A stretch of 52,082 bases of DNA from Silvanigrellaceae bacterium (GTDB taxonomy: Bacteria; Bdellovibrionota_B; Oligoflexia; Silvanigrellales; Silvanigrellaceae). Positions 48,928 through 52,082 of this stretch are shown here, piece after piece. The notes beneath the pieces were generated by a model that saw only the letters and a program-made list of their open reading frames with translations, did no database searches and was not told the origin of the DNA. Numbering within the stretch: position 1 is the stretch's first letter; each line of letters begins with the position of its first letter. The translations under genes and the position numbers were made by a program. The stretch is taken from positions 1 through 52,082 of the forward strand of contig JBMSQQ010000010.1 of NCBI GenBank assembly GCA_049423385.1, in the 5' to 3' direction.

Positions 48928-49761
48928 ATGGCAATTCGTCAGATGAGGCCTTACACGGCCACCACGCGGTTCCAAAGCTACATCAAGTACCGCGAAGTTT
49001 TGACAACAAACGAGCCTTACAAGGGCTTGTTGGAAGCACTGCCAAAAAAGGCTGGACGCAACAACAATGGTCGTATCGTTGTTCGTCATCATGGTGGTGG
49101 AAACAAACGCAAGTATCGCGTGATCGATTGGAAGCGCAGCCGCCGCAACATCGAAGGTGTTGTCACGAGCGTTGAGTACGATCCGAACAGAACCGCGTTC
49201 ATTTCGCTTGTTCAGTACAAGGACGGAGATCGCCGTTATCACTTGGCAACTAACGGTGTGACCGTTGGAACCAAGGTGATCAACTCAGAGGAAGCCGACA
49301 TCAAGCCTGGAAACAGCTTGCCTATGCGCAAAATTCCGGCGGGTACGGCTATCCATAGCATCGAGCTCAAGCCTGGTGCGGGTGCAAAACTCGTGCGCAG
49401 TGCGGGTGGCTCCGCGACTCTCGTGGGTCGTATTGAAGGCTACGCACAGGTGCGTATGCCCTCTGGCGAACTTCGCATGATTCCAGAGAACTGCTATGCG
49501 ACTGTGGGAACCGTTTCGAATGCGGACCACATGAACGTTTCATTGGGCAAGGCTGGTCGCGCACGCTGGAAAGGCGTTCGTCCTGCAGTTCGTGGTGTTG
49601 CCATGAACCCAATCGACCACCCGATGGGTGGTGGTGAAGGACGCACATCCGGCGGTCGTCATCCATGTTCACCTTGGGGCCAGCTGGCGAAGGGTTACAA
49701 GACTCGTCGTACTGCGAGACCAAGCGACAAGTTCATCATCAGTCGTCGCAAGAAGAAGTAA
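48928..49761 (+). CDS. rplB: 50S ribosomal protein L2
   Basis: GRNNNGRI, EYDPNR, VRGVAMNP.DHP.GGGEG. Confidence 0.98.
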   Translation: MAIRQMRPYTATTRFQSYIKYREVLTTNEPYKGLLEALPKKAGRNNNGRIVVRHHGGGNKRKYRVIDWKRSRRNIEGVVTSVEYDPNRTAFISLVQYKDGDRRYHLATNGVTVGTKVINSEEADIKPGNSLPMRKIPAGTAIHSIELKPGAGAKLVRSAGGSATLVGRIEGYAQVRMPSGELRMIPENCYATVGTVSNADHMNVSLGKAGRARWKGVRPAVRGVAMNPIDHPMGGGEGRTSGGRHPCSPWGQLAKGYKTRRTARPSDKFIISRRKKK

Positions 49762-49775
49762 GAGGGGATTGAATT

Positions 49776-50051
49776 ATGCCACGTTCGTTAAAAAAAGGCC
49801 CATTCATTGATGGTTTCCTCTTGAAGGCGGCTGACAAGAATAAGGGCGCAGGAAAAGTCATCAAGACTTGGAGTCGTCGCTCGACAATCGTTCCTGATTT
49901 TGTGGGTCTGACCTTTGCTGTTCACAATGGCAAGAAGTTCGTCCCTGTTTACGTCAACGAAAACATGGTTGGTCACAAACTCGGTGAGTTTGCTCCAACC
50001 CGAACCTTCTTCGGTCATGGTGCCGACAAGAAGGCAGCGAAGAAGAAGTGA
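49776..50051 (+). CDS. rpsS: 30S ribosomal protein S19
   Basis: [32 protein letters not shown]. Confidence 0.98.
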   Translation: MPRSLKKGPFIDGFLLKAADKNKGAGKVIKTWSRRSTIVPDFVGLTFAVHNGKKFVPVYVNENMVGHKLGEFAPTRTFFGHGADKKAAKKK

Positions 50052-50061
50052 GGGGAGTGAT

Positions 50062-50385
50062 ATGAACGCGAAAGCAACGCATTACGCAGCAAAGTGCACG
50101 CCCCGCAAAGCTCGTCTTCTGCGGCCTTTGGTGAAGGGTAAAACTGCAGCAGCAGCTGTGGCTCTTCTCAGCGCTGAAAGACGTGCCGGCTCGGTGGCTA
50201 CGATTAAATTGATTAAGTCTGCAATGGCACAACTCCCGAAAGAGTTGGCTGCCAACGCTGTAGTGGCTGACCTGGTGGTGAATGAAGGTCCTCGTCGCAC
50301 AACATTTATGCCTCGCGCGCAAGGCCGCGCGTCGCCTGTGACGAAGAAGACTTCACACCTTACAGTTCGCTTGGCACTTGGTTGA
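50062..50385 (+). CDS. rplV: 50S ribosomal protein L22 (divergent)
   Basis: [19 protein letters not shown]...PRAQGRA...K.TSH.TV; ATG at 50062 behind GGGGAG. Confidence 0.92.
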   Translation: MNAKATHYAAKCTPRKARLLRPLVKGKTAAAAVALLSAERRAGSVATIKLIKSAMAQLPKELAANAVVADLVVNEGPRRTTFMPRAQGRASPVTKKTSHLTVRLALG

Positions 50386-50398
50386 GAGGGGATTTTCA

Positions 50399-51091
50399 GT
50401 GGGACAGAAAGTAAATCCAATTGGATTGCGCTTGGGGATCAACAAAACTTGGGATTCCCGTTGGTTTAGCCAGCGAGATTTCGCTCGCTACCTGAACGAA
50501 GACCTGAATGTTCGCAAGTTCATTTCGAAGAAATACGGCTCGGTTGACGTTGCTGGTGTTTCCAAGATCGAAATCGAACGAGCTGCGAAGCAGCTTCTGG
50601 TCAAGATCTACACCGCCAAGCCCGGCCGCATTATCGGCAAGCAAGGCAAGGGAATTGAAGTTCTCCGCGACGAAATCAAGGGCCTCTTGAAGCAGCCCGA
50701 ACGTGCAGTAAAGGTCGACATTTTTGAAGTCAAGAATGCCGACACGAATGCTCAGTGGAGTGCTCTCAACGTTGCACAGCAGCTCGAGAAGCGCATCTCC
50801 TTCCGCCGCGCAATGCGCAAGGTGATGCAGTCGGCAATGAAGGCAGGCGCAAAAGGAATCAAGGTTCGTGTATCGGGTCGTCTGAACGGCGCTGAAATGG
50901 CTCGCACCGAGTGGTACATGGAAGGTCGCGTGCCTCTCCACACTCTGCGTGCAGACATCGACTACGCAACCGCAGAAGCCCTCACCACTTACGGCATTAT
51001 TGGCGTTAAGGTGTGGATTTTCAAGAACGAAATCTTCGGCAAGGCTGTTCCTGGCAAGGAAAGCCGTACGCCTCGCTCGAATGAGGAGTGA
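50399..51091 (+). CDS. rpsC: 30S ribosomal protein S3
   Basis: [37 protein letters not shown] start. Confidence 0.97.
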   Translation: MGQKVNPIGLRLGINKTWDSRWFSQRDFARYLNEDLNVRKFISKKYGSVDVAGVSKIEIERAAKQLLVKIYTAKPGRIIGKQGKGIEVLRDEIKGLLKQPERAVKVDIFEVKNADTNAQWSALNVAQQLEKRISFRRAMRKVMQSAMKAGAKGIKVRVSGRLNGAEMARTEWYMEGRVPLHTLRADIDYATAEALTTYGIIGVKVWIFKNEIFGKAVPGKESRTPRSNEE

Positions 51092-51097
51092 TGTACG

Positions 51098-51523
51098 ATG
51101 TTGGCTCCAAAGAAAGTTAAATTCCGCAAGTCGCACAAAGGTCGCATCAAGGGCGTTGCAGCCCGCTGCAACACCGTGTCTATGGGCGACTTCGCTCTCC
51201 AGGCTGTTGAACCTGGAAAATTGACCTCCCGTCAGATTGAGGCAAGCCGAATTGCCTTGACTCGTCACATTAAGCGTGGTGGTAAGGTCTGGATTCGGGT
51301 GTTCCCCGACAAGCCGATCACCAAAAAACCGGCTGAAACTCGTATGGGTTCCGGTAAAGGTGGCTTGGATCACTGGGTTGCTCCAATTCGTGCGGGCCGC
51401 GTTGTGTTCGAGATTCAGGGTATTCCCGAAAATCTGGCACAAGAGGCGTTTGCTCTCGCGGCTGCGAAGCTTCCCTTCAAAACGCGAGTTGTCTCGCGTG
51501 CTGCTAAAGTTTGGGAGGTCTAA
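51098..51523 (+). CDS. rplP: 50S ribosomal protein L16
   Basis: [24 protein letters not shown]. Confidence 0.98.
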   Translation: MLAPKKVKFRKSHKGRIKGVAARCNTVSMGDFALQAVEPGKLTSRQIEASRIALTRHIKRGGKVWIRVFPDKPITKKPAETRMGSGKGGLDHWVAPIRAGRVVFEIQGIPENLAQEAFALAAAKLPFKTRVVSRAAKVWEV

Positions 51524-51720
51524 TGAGCTCGAAGAAGACAAAAGAAACCGTTTCACCTGCTGATGCGGCCGCTCGTAAGAACGAGCTCGCCAAAGACCTG
51601 GTCAAGTTTCGCGTGACGCTCGATCCGAACGCGATCACTTCAGGCAAAGGTCCTGTTCAGCTCCGCCGCGAGCTTCGTGTTCTTGGACGCGTTGCTGCTG
51701 CCAACCAAAAGAAGAAGTAA
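51523..51720 (+). CDS. rpmC: 50S ribosomal protein L29 (highly divergent)
   Basis: Position between rplP and rpsQ with TAATG coupling; 65 aa basic helical protein with EL.KDL..FR and LRREL.R. Confidence 0.75.
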   Translation: MSSKKTKETVSPADAAARKNELAKDLVKFRVTLDPNAITSGKGPVQLRRELRVLGRVAAANQKKK

Positions 51721-51730
51721 GGAGTAGGCT

Positions 51731-51985
51731 GTGACTACGACAGACAATGTAACCAAAAACCCTGTGAGAGCCCGTGTTGTGGGTCTTTCAAAGGATGGCC
51801 GGACCGCCAAAGTTGAAGTGCCACGCGTTGTCGTGGATGAGCGCTACGGCAAACGTTTGCAACGCCAAATCTCGCTTCATGTTGATGCTGGTGAAGCGAA
51901 GGTTGTGGTTGGCAAGGAAGTGATGATTCTCCCTTGCCGCCGTATTTCGAAGACAAAGAGCTGGAAAGTTGTTTCTGTAATTTAA
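51731..51985 (+). CDS. rpsQ: 30S ribosomal protein S17 (divergent)
   Basis: YGK, CR.ISKTKSW; operon position; GTG start. Confidence 0.9.
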   Translation: MTTTDNVTKNPVRARVVGLSKDGRTAKVEVPRVVVDERYGKRLQRQISLHVDAGEAKVVVGKEVMILPCRRISKTKSWKVVSVI

Positions 51986-52011
51986 TTCGTTGAGATTTTA
52001 AGAGGTGTATC

Positions 52012-52082
52012 GTGATTCAACCGGAATCCATCCTGGTAGCAGCTGATAACAGCGGAGCGCGATCACTCAACGTTATTCGCGT
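52012..52082 (+). CDS. rplN: 50S ribosomal protein L14, partial (truncated by window end)
   Basis: GTG start behind GAGG; IQPESILVAADNSGAR. Confidence 0.9.
   Translation, partial: MIQPESILVAADNSGARSLNVIR

Noticed and set aside
50396..51556. 386-aa minus-strand ORF opposite rpsC-rplP
   Set aside because: Antisense shadow of ribosomal protein genes

Overview
A gene-dense (~50% GC) bacterial chromosomal segment with no mobile elements, CRISPR array, rRNA or tRNA that I can support. Gene content and protein style suggest Bdellovibrionota/Oligoflexia or a related former-deltaproteobacterial lineage (inference, not verified). The left 36 kb is a mosaic of housekeeping and metabolic genes: RibD-C/DHFR-like protein, TPR protein, proS, RecQ, LonC-type protease, EpmA, MFS transporter, 3D-domain lipoprotein, BamD, a propionyl-CoA/methylmalonyl-CoA cluster, udk and a type-2 cytidylate kinase. 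The right 16 kb is rplKA-rplJL-rpoBC followed directly by the S10 operon (rpsJ to partial rplN). The most notable observations are: (1) a full-length plant-type methionine S-methyltransferase whose C-terminal PLP domain keeps the catalytic lysine; (2) a single-chain LD-carboxypeptidase + Mpl peptidoglycan-recycling fusion; (3) an OsmC-CinA-PncC triple fusion; (4) RNA polymerase substitutions at normally invariant residues around the bridge-helix cap and active site; (5) selectively divergent ribosomal exit-tunnel proteins; (6) no str operon between rpoC and rpsJ and no secE-nusG before rplK; (7) an alpha/beta hydrolase with Ala at the nucleophile position. All family calls come from motif recognition, not database searches.
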